Part shown: positions 27,504-39,879 of the stretch, in pieces
How the letters are laid out: the number at the start of each line of letters is the position of its first letter
How positions within the stretch are numbered: the stretch's first letter is position 1
From: Trichosphaerium sp. ATCC 40318
Lineage: Eukaryota; Protista; Tubulinea
NCBI GenBank assembly: GCA_038496445.1
Contig: JALMLS010000361.1
Span: forward strand, 186,001 to 250,000
Direction: 5' to 3'
DNA length: 64,000 bases
Made by a program: the position numbers and the translations under genes
Notes under the pieces: generated by a model
Seen by the model: only the letters and a program-made list of their open reading frames with translations
Database searches by the model: none
Told to the model about the DNA's origin: nothing

Positions 27504-27979
27504 TGTATAAAGAGTAACTATAATCATACGTTATTTCTCTCCGCGTACGCACAAAGTATTTAAGGCTGTTTTTACATTTTTGTAAATTTTAATGTGTTTT
27601 TAATAACGTACTTTGGTGATGGTTCGCTATTTAAAGAGAGCCTGCGTTTATTTCAGGCTTCACCAGGTTACGGTGACGTCAGGTGGAGTTTTAGGTCTCA
27701 TAATTGTATTGGTGCGCCTGGGTACTGTGTGTAATCCTGGATTTACTGTTGAGTTGGGAGAGCCATCTTAAAAAGAGTGGTAGGCGTTAGTCAACTGGGG
27801 AAAAAGTTTACCAGTCCTCAGAAAAATAAGTGAACGAAACTTGACGATGAGAAAAAAACTAGATTTTACAAACGACATTTTTTCTTCATTGAAATTAAAC
27901 GTTTCAAACAGGGCGAATTCCACTTTGAGTATGCTGTAGCAATACCTCTCTCAGTTGATGATAATGTACTAGTACCAAT

Positions 27980-29255
27980 TTACAATTTATTTCCCTTCAT
28001 ATCGAACCTTATATTATACAATGGCTCTTTTTGTGTTATACCCCAAATATTAACATTTATATCATTTGGCTTCATTTCAAAGCTCATAAATCCATGTGTA
28101 GCGAAACCTGATATAAGTTTCTCATGTGACTTTGTTACCCCATGTAGCCCATGATAACCACCAGCACCGGATCCAAATAGATGTGTTACACTAGTTTCAT
28201 CATGGTTTACTTTTAAATACTGTAATAAATGATCATGACCAGCAAAATACATGAGCACATTGTGTTTTTTAAATAGAGGTAATAAATAGCTTTGAAGCTT
28301 TTTAAAATCCCCATGGCCTTTCTTTGCTACAAACAAGCATCAGAATGAGTTTAAAACACAGAAAAAGACGGCACGTGAATGAAAATTACCTGCGCTGTAG
28401 ATGGGCCAATGGTTTACAACAATTTTTACTGGCGCTTGAGACTTTTGTAGCTCGTCATCTAACCACGTCATCATTTCATTTGCTAGTTTTCTATCTACAC
28501 TATCTACACAATCCTTCTTTTTTCTTGGAGGCTCGTCAGGGTAGTCCAAATGACACTCCAATGTGCAACCATCTAAGAAGAAAAAATCTGCCATTTTTGT
28601 CCTGTGTGCAAAATAGCGACCTGGCATGTTCCACATATTTTTGGAGAGCCTAGAATACGTGATTTCGGCGTCAACTGAACCTAAATACGAAATGATGACG
28701 TGTGACATTTTAAAAAAGGTTACCCTTGGTGCGACAATCGTGATTTCCTACTGTTAGGTACCAAGGTAGCCCAATGCGTGCCTGAAACTAGTTGGTGTGC
28801 GTTGTGGATGTTTTTGTACCAATTTTTTCTCGTATAAACTCGAAAAGAGCTTGTCATGAACGCTACGCACGCCGTTGTGATAAAAATTGTCTCCTACGCT
28901 AACACCAAAGCTAACGGTTTGCGATTTTGTCTCCATGTCATTCTTGACAGCTTCCATACGTTTTAATACAGATTCAAAGTGCTTAGGCTTCTTAGCGTCT
29001 CCCCAGTCCCCCAGTAGAAAAAAATTTAGCGAAGTGTCATCAATACCGTTTCCGTCGAATGCCATAGCCTCTGTTTCATGCATTTCATACAGCTGTGGGC
29101 TAGCACGAATTGCAGTGTACAATATCAAGCCAAAAACGACCAAGAACCCAATTATGAGGTGATTCTTGTGGAATTGGCGACGTGTGCTAACTCAGAATTA
29201 ATCTCGCGTTTTGAAACAATACCTTTTATGCCTACCTCTTCGGATAGGCCCTCAT
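27980..29255 (-). CDS. Purple (tartrate-resistant) acid phosphatase, metallophosphoesterase family
   Basis: Metal-ligand motifs GDWG, GDNFY, GNHD, NHWP, GHDH; N-terminal signal anchor. Confidence 0.9.
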
Positions 29256-29422
29256 TGCCTACAAACAAACAAGGAGCCTGCGTACAGGAACTTTTAATGA
29301 GTTTTATTACGACTAGACACCAAACAAAAGAAGAATGGCCTAACTTAAAACAGTGCTGCAACGCTTAACAGAAATTACGAAGTAGTTTATTTTACATGAG
29401 AAGCAGGTTCAATGTTCGCTCG

Positions 29423-31727
29423 TTATTGCTTGTTTTTTCTAAAACGAAGCGACAAACGCCTTCTGAAGTTACTTTCTCTTTTGTCAGAAAATTGAAAAAA
29501 TTTCATAGTGCGCTCTTCCTTACGTTGATTATAAAAGAATAGTGCTGGTAAAAGAGCCCATTGCATAGCACAAAAAGCTGTGATACACTGATAGAAGAAA
29601 TAATTGAGGATGAACTTATAGGTACTCGTGTTTGTGTTAACCATCATGGCTTTGTTTGCAATATACTTTAAGAACACTAGCTCGTTCTGAATAGCAACAT
29701 TAACATCCCATATATGAAGGTTAACTTCAAGATTATGTCGGTAAGACATAATATCAAAGTTGTAGGATCCTAGTGCTGAGTCAGCAATAAATTCACTCAA
29801 AATGAACGAAAAAAAAAAGAAGAAAAAGACATACCAATGACACTATAAACTCCATCTATTGTTACCATCTTCATGTGCAGTTCTCGTGGCATGTACTCAT
29901 ACACCAGAATATTCTTTAAAAAACCGTGTTGGTTAGGAATCAAAAAAAAATTGTTGTGACCACGTACATGTTTATTCAGCTTTCTGGATACGTGACGGCT
30001 TGCATGGCTGATACCGAATACATCACACTTTCCTGCCTTTAAAATACGTACATCTACTCCACTAGGCAAAGAATGAGGGGAAATATTTAAAAAGGTCAGG
30101 TTTGTACCGGTTACTTGCGGCGATAAGGGCTTTCATCAAGCGAAGTGGCATCAACAAATACGGTGTTGTCTAGGAAGCAAGTCAGACAATTTGTACGTCA
30201 AAATAAAATTATGGCTGCGTACAATGTAAATATGCTTCCTAGCTGCGTTAAACGCCATAATATAAGCATCGCGGATATCTTTCTTGCGTTGGTGTACTTT
30301 CATACGTGGATCAGAATGTACTGCTTGGATCAATACCCCATCTTTGTATGGTTGGCTTTTAGCCTTTTCTGTAGCACGAGAGTGCTCAGCGCTTAATCTT
30401 TTGGGCGTCCAAGGCAAAATAATCCGTTGCCACTCTTAAAAAAAGTTAAAAAGGAAGCACAAATTTTTTTCTCTCTAGCTCACCTTTTGGCTCAGCGCGT
30501 TGTAGGGATTGAATAAATACACGCGAGAGTTCGTGTACCACAGGGCCTTCAACACTTATTGAAAACTTTAGCTCAGAAATGAAGAAAAAGAAAAAAAAAG
30601 CAACAAAGAATATTTCGTACATGCAATGTAAGTCCTTAAAACGACCACTACCGCCCACTTCCTTTCCAGCGTAATCTATAGACAATAAGTACACTCAAGA
30701 ACAGGGCTATTGAAAGCGAAGACCGGCGTGATGTCTTTTTTTACGTTTTTAGGTAAAATAATTCTTACCACTACCAATGTTCATGCCACCACAAAATGCA
30801 GTGTCTTTATCTACTACAATAATCTTTCTATGGTTTCTAACCATTATATCACTCAATGCAGAGAACTTATTCTTTCCAGTGAACAGTGGACGAAATTCCA
30901 CCACCTCTTAACAGCAAAATGTTAGATAGGCGCGCACAGCATTGCTGCTTAAATTAACAAACAACGCACTTCCTCCAGCGCGTTGCAACTCTCTGAGGGC
31001 TGGGTAAGGTGGGTTAGGGGAGCAACCAACTGCATCATAAAGTAAAATGACGTGAACGCCTCGTGCGGCTGCTTTTGTCAGGCATTTAATCGTTGTAATA
31101 GCCACTCTGTCGTTTGCCAAAATATACGTTTCCATCCTGTATGTTGTGAGATTAAATTGGAAGGTCGTTGTACATACCACACACGCTTAGTTGCACGATT
31201 AATAGCTTTCCAGATGCTGCTGAATACCTGTTTGGCTGACATTAGCTCTCTTTTGAATGAAAATTGCTCCCATATACCTTAGAACCATCTCTATGCGTTT
31301 GTAATCTGCTCATGGCTCCTTTCGAATATCCACCGAGCTCTAAATGGTTTGCAGTGGCTTCTTGCCAGCCTTCATCCATCTAGGCGCAGGCATAAATACA
31401 TTAAAGGGTAATATATGTACATACGCCTTTACAATTTGGAAACCGCTCTCGCAACGATTTACTAATTCCATTTTGCTCAAATACCTTTTTAACGAGCTGT
31501 CTTCGTTCCGCATTAATGGCTTTACGATTTCGTTTGCGCCATTGTTGAGATAAGGCCTTAAAGAATTGTGGTCTATATTTAAGGCTACGCCAAGAGCGCA
31601 TAGTACAGAAACCGCTAATGTAATGTAAACTCGAGATTTTGACACGTTTTGACCAACAGTACAAAAAAAACCGGCTAGCATTGTCACGGCGTTCTATCAA
31701 TTTGAGTACGTAACCTACAAATTCCAT
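29423..31727 (-). CDS. Phospholipase D family, bacterial-type cardiolipin synthase-like
   Basis: Two HKD motifs: RNHRKIIVVD...GGMNIG and LHMKMVTID...IGSYNFD; AAARGVHVILLYDAVG. Confidence 0.85.
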
Positions 31728-31800
31728 TTTAGCTCTACAGCTTTCAAACGGCCTTATTTCGCTTACTAAAGAAATTACAGACACTTGGCTATCGTTAAAA

Positions 31801-33413
31801 ATGTTAGCTGCTCGAGTGGCCGGGTATTTCTTACTACTCTGTGTATTGTTCGCCTCCTACGCGTTTTCTGAAGGGGATTGTGGCTGTGGCTCGCTTAGTA
31901 GAAGCTCAGGGCTAGAAAGTGGGTCCACGTGCACCTTAGAAAAAACTGCAGAAGAAAAAAAAGACAGTGCAGAAGGCGAAAAAAAAGGAACCGATGGCGT
32001 GACAATATCAGCTGACGAAGGTGCTACAAAAACTAGAGAACTGACGCACATGGTTTATATCAGAGGAGGTTATCTTGAAATGGGACAAGAGGAGGACGAT
32101 AAGGCGTTGGAACAGCATCAAGTGAGTGTAATTAACACGTATTATGTGTGGTCTTTTAGTTTTTTTTGACATAGTAAAAAGGTTCTTGACGGCGAATCTC
32201 CAATCAGACGTGTTCAATTATCTGGTACCACCCGCAATAAAAAATAGTATCCCTAACGGTTGTAAACAAGGATTTTACTTAGACGAACATGCTGTCACGA
32301 ATGAACAGTTTGCTGAATTTATAGAAGAAACAAACTTTCAGACTGACGCTGAAAAGTATGGTGCGTTTTCCGACTACTTTTTTTTTCAACATTCAAATGT
32401 ACTTAAACAACAGCATAAGGTTGGAGCTTTGTTTTTGAAAAATTCATTGATCCAGATCATGAGTTCAACGTAGTACAAAGTGCACCGTGGTGGGTGAGTG
32501 ACGAACTTTCATAATGTCGTACTAAATAGAAATAGGTGTCTGTCCCAAATGCCACGTGGGCACACCCTTTTGGACCAGAATCAGATAATGAAGGCATAGA
32601 GGTATACTCGTTAATATAATAAGAGTCTTACATTACGTTAGGATCATCCAGTTGTACATACAAGTTGGAATGACGCATTTGCTTACTGTAAATGGGCTGG
32701 GAAAAGATTACCAACTGAAGCTGTAATTTTTTCCATTTTAATTTTGCAACATTGACAAAACTAGGAGCATGAGTGGGCGTCCAAATCTGGGTTGAAACAT
32801 AAAAGATATCCATGGTATAAGTCTTCACTGATTTTGTCCAGCAATTTAACTTGTTAAAAGGGGTGAGGAGTTATACCATCCAGGAAAAGAAGGCAAAGAA
32901 AAACATAGATGTAATATTTGGCAAGGCAAATTTCCAACGGATAACACAGGTACACCATCGGACTTTCTGTCCGTTAACTCTTGTTCTACAGGAGAGGATG
33001 GATATGTCTATACATCACCAGCAAAGTCTTTCGAACCAACAGCTTTTGGACTGTACAATATTGTCGGCAATGTATGGGAATGGGTAAATGATTATTGGAC
33101 GATAAAACACACTAGAGAACCTAGAGTGAATCCAAAGGTATATCACCCCAACAAGGTAGTAAAATATGAGTAACTAACCAGTATGTAGGGACCAGAAAGT
33201 GGAGATAGAAGAGTCCAACGTGGAGGAAGTTATATGTGCCACGCTAGTTACTGTTATAGATACAGGTTAAGTTTAAACCTCTACTTTTTCCTGTTCAAAG
33301 CTTAAGTTCTTTTTAGAACTACAGCACGTATTGGAAATGAACCAGATACTTCGACAGGAAATTTAGGATTCCGTTGCGCTAAAGATAAGCCTAAAAAACC
33401 AAAAAAGCAGTAA
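31801..33413 (+). CDS. SUMF1: Formylglycine-generating enzyme (sulfatase-modifying factor)
   Basis: Signal peptide then CGC motif; [10 protein letters not shown]; KRLPTEAE; NIVGNVWEW; [16 protein letters not shown]; GNLGFRCA. Confidence 0.92.
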
Positions 33414-33544
33414 TTCAAAAACTTAATAAATTTTTACTTTTTATTCTTGGATCTTTTTGGGTGCATTCCATGGAATTACCTTTATCAAACGTATGCCACG
33501 CTAGTCTAAAATTAACGGTTTTATTCTTATTCAAGTTTTGGCAA

Positions 33545-34485
33545 CTACGATTCCCCCTTATCATCAGTTACGCCTTGTCCTTGATCCATTATTTCATCTT
33601 TTAATGCTAGTCCAAGTGCATACCCTGGATCAATAGCTAACGCTTTATCACACCAAAGTATAGCCTCTTCTTTATCTCCGTGATCATTATAAACCTGTGC
33701 TTTGCGATAATAGCCTATCGTTCTATCTGGCAGTACTTGAATCAATTTATCACAGGCACTCAGTCTAATATCTTTACCCTTATTGGTACGACCTAGTAGA
33801 CCCACAATATTTGCCAACGGCTTCCAATCTCTTGGTCTGAGCTTATAAGCTTTTTTCCAACATTCAACAGCCTTATCGGTCTTGTTTTGTAAATCGCATA
33901 CAATACCACAGTTGTTATAGGCACCATGATGTTGCTTCAGCTCTAGTGTTTTATCATAGCATTCTTCGGCGGCTGCCCATTGTTTTAGTTTCTTATATAT
34001 ATTCCCTTTGTTATAATGGGCACTTGCTATACCCCTACCACGTGTTGTAGTAATTATATCATCATAAATTTGAATTGCTTCTTGTGTTTTATCTACGTGT
34101 AGGTTAGCGGAAATCATACCTTTTCATTTGAACAAAATGTAGAATCACGTGCGTACTTTTTTTCCCAAGACACAAAGCAACTTTAAAGTTGGCGGTAGTA
34201 CTACCTAGATGCAGGGAACGCCTATAGCAAACCTCGGCGCGATCATAGTCATTGTCCTGTGTATAAAATTGATCTCCCTAAAAAGATGGTCACAGGACTT
34301 ACAGTACACAGGACATCGATCACGCACTGCTTGTGCCCATGCATTAGCTTCAAAGAAGGTACCAAGAGCCTGTACTGGGTCCAAACAAATGGCAATTCTT
34401 CGATTTTTGTATTTAGTAAATCAAGCGATTTTATCTTCTCGATAGTGTAGCCCATAGCTTCGGTAAGTGTTGATGCAAAATCCAT
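33545..34485 (-). CDS. TPR-repeat protein (5' exon structure uncertain)
   Basis: TPR units AHYNKGNIY, AYNNCGIV, GYYRKAQVY; upstream exon GDQFYTQDNDYDRAEVCYRRSL splices in frame to the 33545-34117 ORF. Confidence 0.75.
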
Positions 34486-34774
34486 GTTATGTAAACCAAA
34501 AGTAATTGTAAACCTAAAAATATAAGCAATGGACTCGCACATGCGTAGGTATGTTATTTTGATAGGTTTTGGATTGTTTGTTTATTGTTCAGTACAAAAT
34601 GTTACATTAACGTTGTAGAGTGGTCTAATCGATTTTGACGTACTTGTATTTATAACTAAAAGGTGTGATGGTGTAAAGACGACAAATCAGTTCAGTCAGT
34701 TAAGTGTTTTACTTTGAATTTGCCGCGTTTTTGATTAAGTGCGGTTATTTAAATCCTACCACCATCACATCTCC

Positions 34775-35240
34775 ATGACCTTGCACGCTAACATACCACA
34801 GACCTTATTTCAGATCTTTGTAGACGAAAAAGAAAATATAGACCCACAAACCGGTCTATTACCAATAAAAAGCACAGCAAAGGTATCTCCCAAACGCTCC
34901 ACACGCAAGGCGCTTCGCGATATTACGAATAAATTTCTTCATTCTGAGGACGTACGCAATTGTTTTAACCTGGCTTTTCTAATGCCTAAATTAGAAGGAG
35001 GACGAGATAAACGCAAGCGAGGAGCCAGCTCGCAATAGTGACGAGAAACCTAAACCCGTCGCACTGCCATCAAAGGACAAACCACAGAAGAAAGAACAAA
35101 CTGACACCAAAATTGAAGAACCAAAGAAAGCCAAGAAGCCAATGAAAAAACGGCTACGCCGCAAGCAACTCAAAACAGGCCCACGACGCGTTATTATGCC
35201 ATCAGCCGCCAAGATGGCTGTGTTACGCTCATGCCGATAA
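34775..35240 (+). CDS. 140-aa disordered protein with ABBA, KEN and D-box motifs and an LRSCR tail; putative APC/C regulator
   Basis: FQIFVD-EKEN; RKALRDITN; intron 34952-34994; ends VLRSCR*. Confidence 0.7.
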
Positions 35241-35434
35241 CTTTGTTGAGGCACAAAATGTACCATAGTGTAAAGATGTAAATTACTGTTAAATGAAAGT
35301 ATTTTTGTAGATAGACATCCAGAACAAACTTTTCGCGTCACCTGTCACTCATTGTTTACTTTGCCTCGTTGGCATCGGAGTTATCAAATTAGTCTTTGGT
35401 AGTCAACCAATTGCAACAGTCATTGATTGCAAAC

Positions 35435-37104
35435 ATGGATTTCAAAGCAGCTCTCGGTGGAGGAAAGGAAGAGAAAGAACCAGCAAAGGAACAAAAAAAA
35501 GCTCCGGTTAAGAGACGTCCTCCTAACGCAAACGACTTCCGACGTTACGCTTGCCCTCCAAATGGTACTATACTGCGGTCAATCAACATATTTACGTAAA
35601 TAAAGGTAATCCTGACAATTTTTGCGTCTGGTACGATGAGCACCTTCGTGAGAAGTACGGTTCACCAGATCAGAAAGCATGGACGTGGAAAGAGCGCAAA
35701 CAATACTTTTGGAACTTTTTCACTCAGGTAGTGCTACTCGGTACAATAAACGCTTACTCTTACCACTAGCGTATTAACGGCAAATACCCATACCTTAAAG
35801 TCCCTACCGTTTACACTGCTGACGCCAACATGGACATCAACAAATTGATGAAAGACAGGAAGCAATCTGTAGAGCACATTGTACCAAAAGATATCTTGTG
35901 CAAGGAAATGCAAAAAAGAGTACACAAAAAATAATTCTATCAAAAAGGGGCCTAACTTTTTTGTAGTACCCGCAATTCCTCAAAAAACACCCAAATCTCT
36001 TTGCTGGTGCAACTACTAACCTCTTTAACATGGCTCCTTCCCATCAAACCGTTAACAAGATGCGCGAGTAAGTCAACCGAAAACAAGCGTTTTAAGCTAA
36101 TCTCATCTACTAGGTGTTACCCATTCGATCTTGAAGGTGATACCGTAAGACATAAGCCTCTACGTTTCAAGGGAGCAGGTTCTTTCAATGACTCTGGACT
36201 TGATGACCAACACGAGTGGATTGTACCTGACCGCAGTCGGTACGTACTAGTCTGCTACTCTTTGTATACTTTGCTTACAAACTCAGTGGTGACATTGCTC
36301 GTGCTATGCTTTACGTTTCAATCGTATACCGTCTCAACAACCTGTACCCTAACGAGGTTGCTACACTAAAGAAGTGGGCTGAAAATGGTAAGCGCTATTC
36401 AAATAGTGTATCAATTGCTTACATAGTACTTAGATCCTCCAAACAACTGGGAGAAGGGTTACAACAAATGGGTTAGCAGCTTGCCATTCTGCAAAGGTAC
36501 GGACTGTCAATGTTTTTACGAGGTAAAATGATTGACGTTGTTTATAGGATACAACAACCCTTTTATTGTCAACCAAAAGTTGTGGCTTGTAGACAGCGTT
36601 TTGGATGCTGTTATCAACAAGGACGAAGATGCTTTGGATGAAGCCGTTGGTGAAATGTGCTACTGCAAGGGACCTCTTCGTGTTGTTGCTATCTTACCTG
36701 ACCCAAGAGGTCGCGATGAAGGTGCTGAGCAGGTACGAACAAAAGTTGTAGAGTTGTATTTTCTTATTATTTTGTAGATTACCTTAAAAGCTACTGAAAA
36801 GGTAACTGGACGTTGGAGAATAACTGGACCATACGGAAAGCATCAAGAGTTGAAAGAAATACCATCTTCTGCAAAGTCTTTTACTGTTACTCTTACTGAA
36901 GGACCACAACTCCCTAACAGAGGTGGAAAGAGCAGCAAGTTCTTTTTGGAAAAGTACGCACTCGAATCCCTGTTTTCTTCGTTTCGTTTGTTGTACTCAC
37001 TAAGTTTTTGTAGTTTTGATGAGAAATCCGGTAAATGGTACTCTAAGGTAAAGGCAGTATACCCAAAAGCTGAAGGCGGCAAATGGATTAAATTCTTGGA
37101 CTAA
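35435..37104 (+). CDS. Endonuclease I (His-Me finger) fused to a lamin-tail-like domain
   Basis: Spliced SVEHIVPK, NLFNMAPSHQTVNKMR, EWIVPDRSRGDIARAMLY, KWAENDPPNNWE, GYNNPFI; C-terminal LRVVAILPDPRGRDEGAEQITL...QLPNRGG. Confidence 0.85.
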
Positions 37105-37274
37105 AATTCACGAGTACTAAATAACTCGAAATAAAAAAACACGTAGAACCAAAAACCGTAACTACTGACGTACATTGCAACACAAAAATAGTTATTTCTT
37201 TTATCATTACGTTTAGCTAGTATCACAGTACTAGAAGACTATTGCATTACAAGCATACATTAAAGAACGTTTAT

Positions 37275-37926
37275 TTATGAGTTTATATCACCTACAGGGA
37301 AACCGCCTCTTCCTTTCCCAGGATAGCGAAGTGCCCAGTTATTACCAAGCTTGGCTAGAATTTTGTTCTTCTCTTCCGGATATAAACAGTCTAAAACACC
37401 TGCTAGAACATAGTCGTCAAGTACATCCTTCAATGATGGGAAAGGGCCTAATTTTTCAACATGATCCAAGTTCATAAATAAAGCCATAGTAGAACAGTTG
37501 GCTAGCCAAGATTCGGGATTTGTAGAGTCACAGAAGTCGCCGCACATTAATTTAAACAAATACACATACTGTTGGCAGTTGCCTCCTGCATTGCTAGCAT
37601 CAAGTTTAGGATTTTTGGCATTGATTGAGTAGTACGCACATCCATGCTTGGGGCATAGGTCTAGATATAGATACGTTGTAAGTTCCACAGTTACCAGCAT
37701 CACGTATATCTATAGCCCAAGTAGTCAAGTTTCGAGCGTAAGCAAATCGCGTGTTGAACCCTCCAAAGTGCGTCCTGTGCTTGTTAACAGCTACGCCTTC
37801 ATTGTTTATTGAATCTAACTCTTCTAAAACGTAGAAAACGCCTCTGCTTGCATCTTCTGGCTTAATTTCCATTGAAGCTAACATAACTATTTTAGAACCA
37901 TGTAGTTCTACTTCTGAGAAGTCCAT
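37275..37926 (-). CDS. Hypothetical protein (~205 aa, one 34-nt intron)
   Basis: Two ORFs joined in frame by the intron gtaactg...atctag; no recognisable family. Confidence 0.6.
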
Positions 37927-38682
37927 AATGAGTTGTTGTGGTATTTGTATTTCGATTTAAACTGTGATTGAAGATTGATAAGTCAACTTAAATATCAATC
38001 TGAAAACAGAAGAAATTCGGCTACGCGCTAGCTCAGGAGCGCGTAGACAACATACTAGATTACTTCATAGCGCTACATCAATGATTGCAGCTAAAATAGA
38101 TCAATCACGTTCTCGCACATTCTATTGTATGAATGACACCTTAGTTGGCTGTAGCCACGATAAAAGCCATTGGTTTTAGTAATTTTTGAGTGATCTAAAG
38201 TAAATGTGCTATAGAATTGGCTTCGTAAGTGGCACATTATCTCGAAACATAACAACGGCAATCTGCGATGTAAACAGAAATTAGTTGACCATTTGTTCGT
38301 TGTTTAAAATCGTTTGTTAGCAAGCGCAAAGATAACGGTATGCGAATGTGTTTTTGCTACAAAATAACCGATTAACTTTCTAGACTAGGTTTAGCCACCA
38401 CTTATAGTTATTGGACGCTTGTGTGGTAAGAAAGTACTAATTTTATCTGTGAAGGGTACGTATGAGACAACATTGTAACGCGCATTTAAAGCCACGCACG
38501 TTAAAATATATATTTTCCACCTTTTTGTCTTTTCGCTCTACAATGTCACGTGACTTTTTTACTGTAGTAAGCTAGTTTTGAACATATCCACCAGTAGTTC
38601 GTTTTCTTATATATGCTTGGTTCTAACCATTTTAGTCTCGACACGAAACAACGCTGAATAAAAAAACGAACTTTAAAATAGC

Positions 38683-39702
38683 ATGTGTTCTTTGCTGGAT
38701 CTACCTTGTGAACTTCAACAATACATTTGCACTTTCAATGCTGAGACTTTCACCAAGTACCATACACTATCAAAGAGAGCAGCAACCAATACACACTTTG
38801 ACGAAGGATTACAAACAAAAAAAGGAAAATGGATATCATGGTACAAAAGCGGTAAAGTTTTTCGTCATGTTCATAAGAACGGACCATCTGCAACTTGGTA
38901 TGAGAATGGACGCCTCAGGTCACAATTCACGATGATTAACTGGAAACTAAATGGCGTACAAAAAGAGTGGTATACGAATGGACAACTTAAAGCACAAGGC
39001 GCATGGGTTGATGATGTGAGTGAGGGAGAATATAAAAGATGGTACGAAAATGGACAACTTATGGAATGTGGTACATGTGTTCATGGCAAACTAAATGGCA
39101 AACTCAGATCGTGGTATAAAAATGGAAAAATTAAATTGCAAAGTATGTGGCTTGATGATAAAAAAACAGGAGAAGAAACCAAGTGGTATCAAAACGGTCA
39201 AGTTGAGGTAAAAACCACGTGGGTTGATAACAAGAAAAATGGCGAATTCAAGGCGTGGTATGAGACTGGAGAACTCTTGCTAGAAGCAATGATGGATTAT
39301 GGTAAGCAAACAGGATGTCAGAACGAGTGGTATAAAAATGGACAGCTAAGTACACAGAGCATGTGGATTGATGGTAAACAAAATGGAGAAACTAAGAAAT
39401 GGTATGAAACTGGTGAAATTCAGCTTATTGCCTTTATGGTAGATGGAAAACAAAATGGTGAACAAAAAGAGTGGTATAAAAACGGACAACTTAAAGCACA
39501 AAGTATGTGGGTTGATTATGTGTGTAATGGAGAATACAAAACTTGGTATGAAAATGGACAACTTATGGAACATGGTACATGTGTTGATGGTAAACTACAT
39601 GGTGAATGCAAAACGTGGTATCAAAATGGAAAGCTCAAGGAAAGGAGTATGTGGGTCAATGATATTAAAAGTGAACAGAAGTGTTTGAAAATGGAGAAAT
39701 AA
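38683..39702 (+). CDS. Intronless MORN-variant repeat protein with F-box-like N-terminus
   Basis: 339-aa ORF; LLDLPCELQQYI then about 11 repeats of WYxNGQL...G. Confidence 0.9.
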   Translation: MCSLLDLPCELQQYICTFNAETFTKYHTLSKRAATNTHFDEGLQTKKGKWISWYKSGKVFRHVHKNGPSATWYENGRLRSQFTMINWKLNGVQKEWYTNGQLKAQGAWVDDVSEGEYKRWYENGQLMECGTCVHGKLNGKLRSWYKNGKIKLQSMWLDDKKTGEETKWYQNGQVEVKTTWVDNKKNGEFKAWYETGELLLEAMMDYGKQTGCQNEWYKNGQLSTQSMWIDGKQNGETKKWYETGEIQLIAFMVDGKQNGEQKEWYKNGQLKAQSMWVDYVCNGEYKTWYENGQLMEHGTCVDGKLHGECKTWYQNGKLKERSMWVNDIKSEQKCLKMEK

Positions 39703-39879
39703 AAGTTCAAATAAAATTAATTGATATGATTGCGATTTATTTCAACAAGGTTTGACACTAGTCCCATATAGAGCATATCGTTGAGAACATAAAATAACCA
39801 ACTGCAAGTACTACTACTATTCTTTAATAGTTCTGTTACAACATTGCAAAGCACAATAATTTTGTCTCCATCTCTGCAA

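Noticed and set aside
29423-31727. Bacterial-type cardiolipin synthase as a novel HGT
   Set aside because: PLD-type cardiolipin synthases are already known in Amoebozoa and several other protist groups
38021-38050. tRNA gene suggested by GCTAGCTCAG (A-box-like)
   Set aside because: No B-box or T-arm and no cloverleaf; it is a simple hairpin
38850-39660. CRISPR-like or satellite periodicity (tggtat..aatgga about every 72 nt)
   Set aside because: This is the coding periodicity of the 24-aa MORN repeats within an open frame
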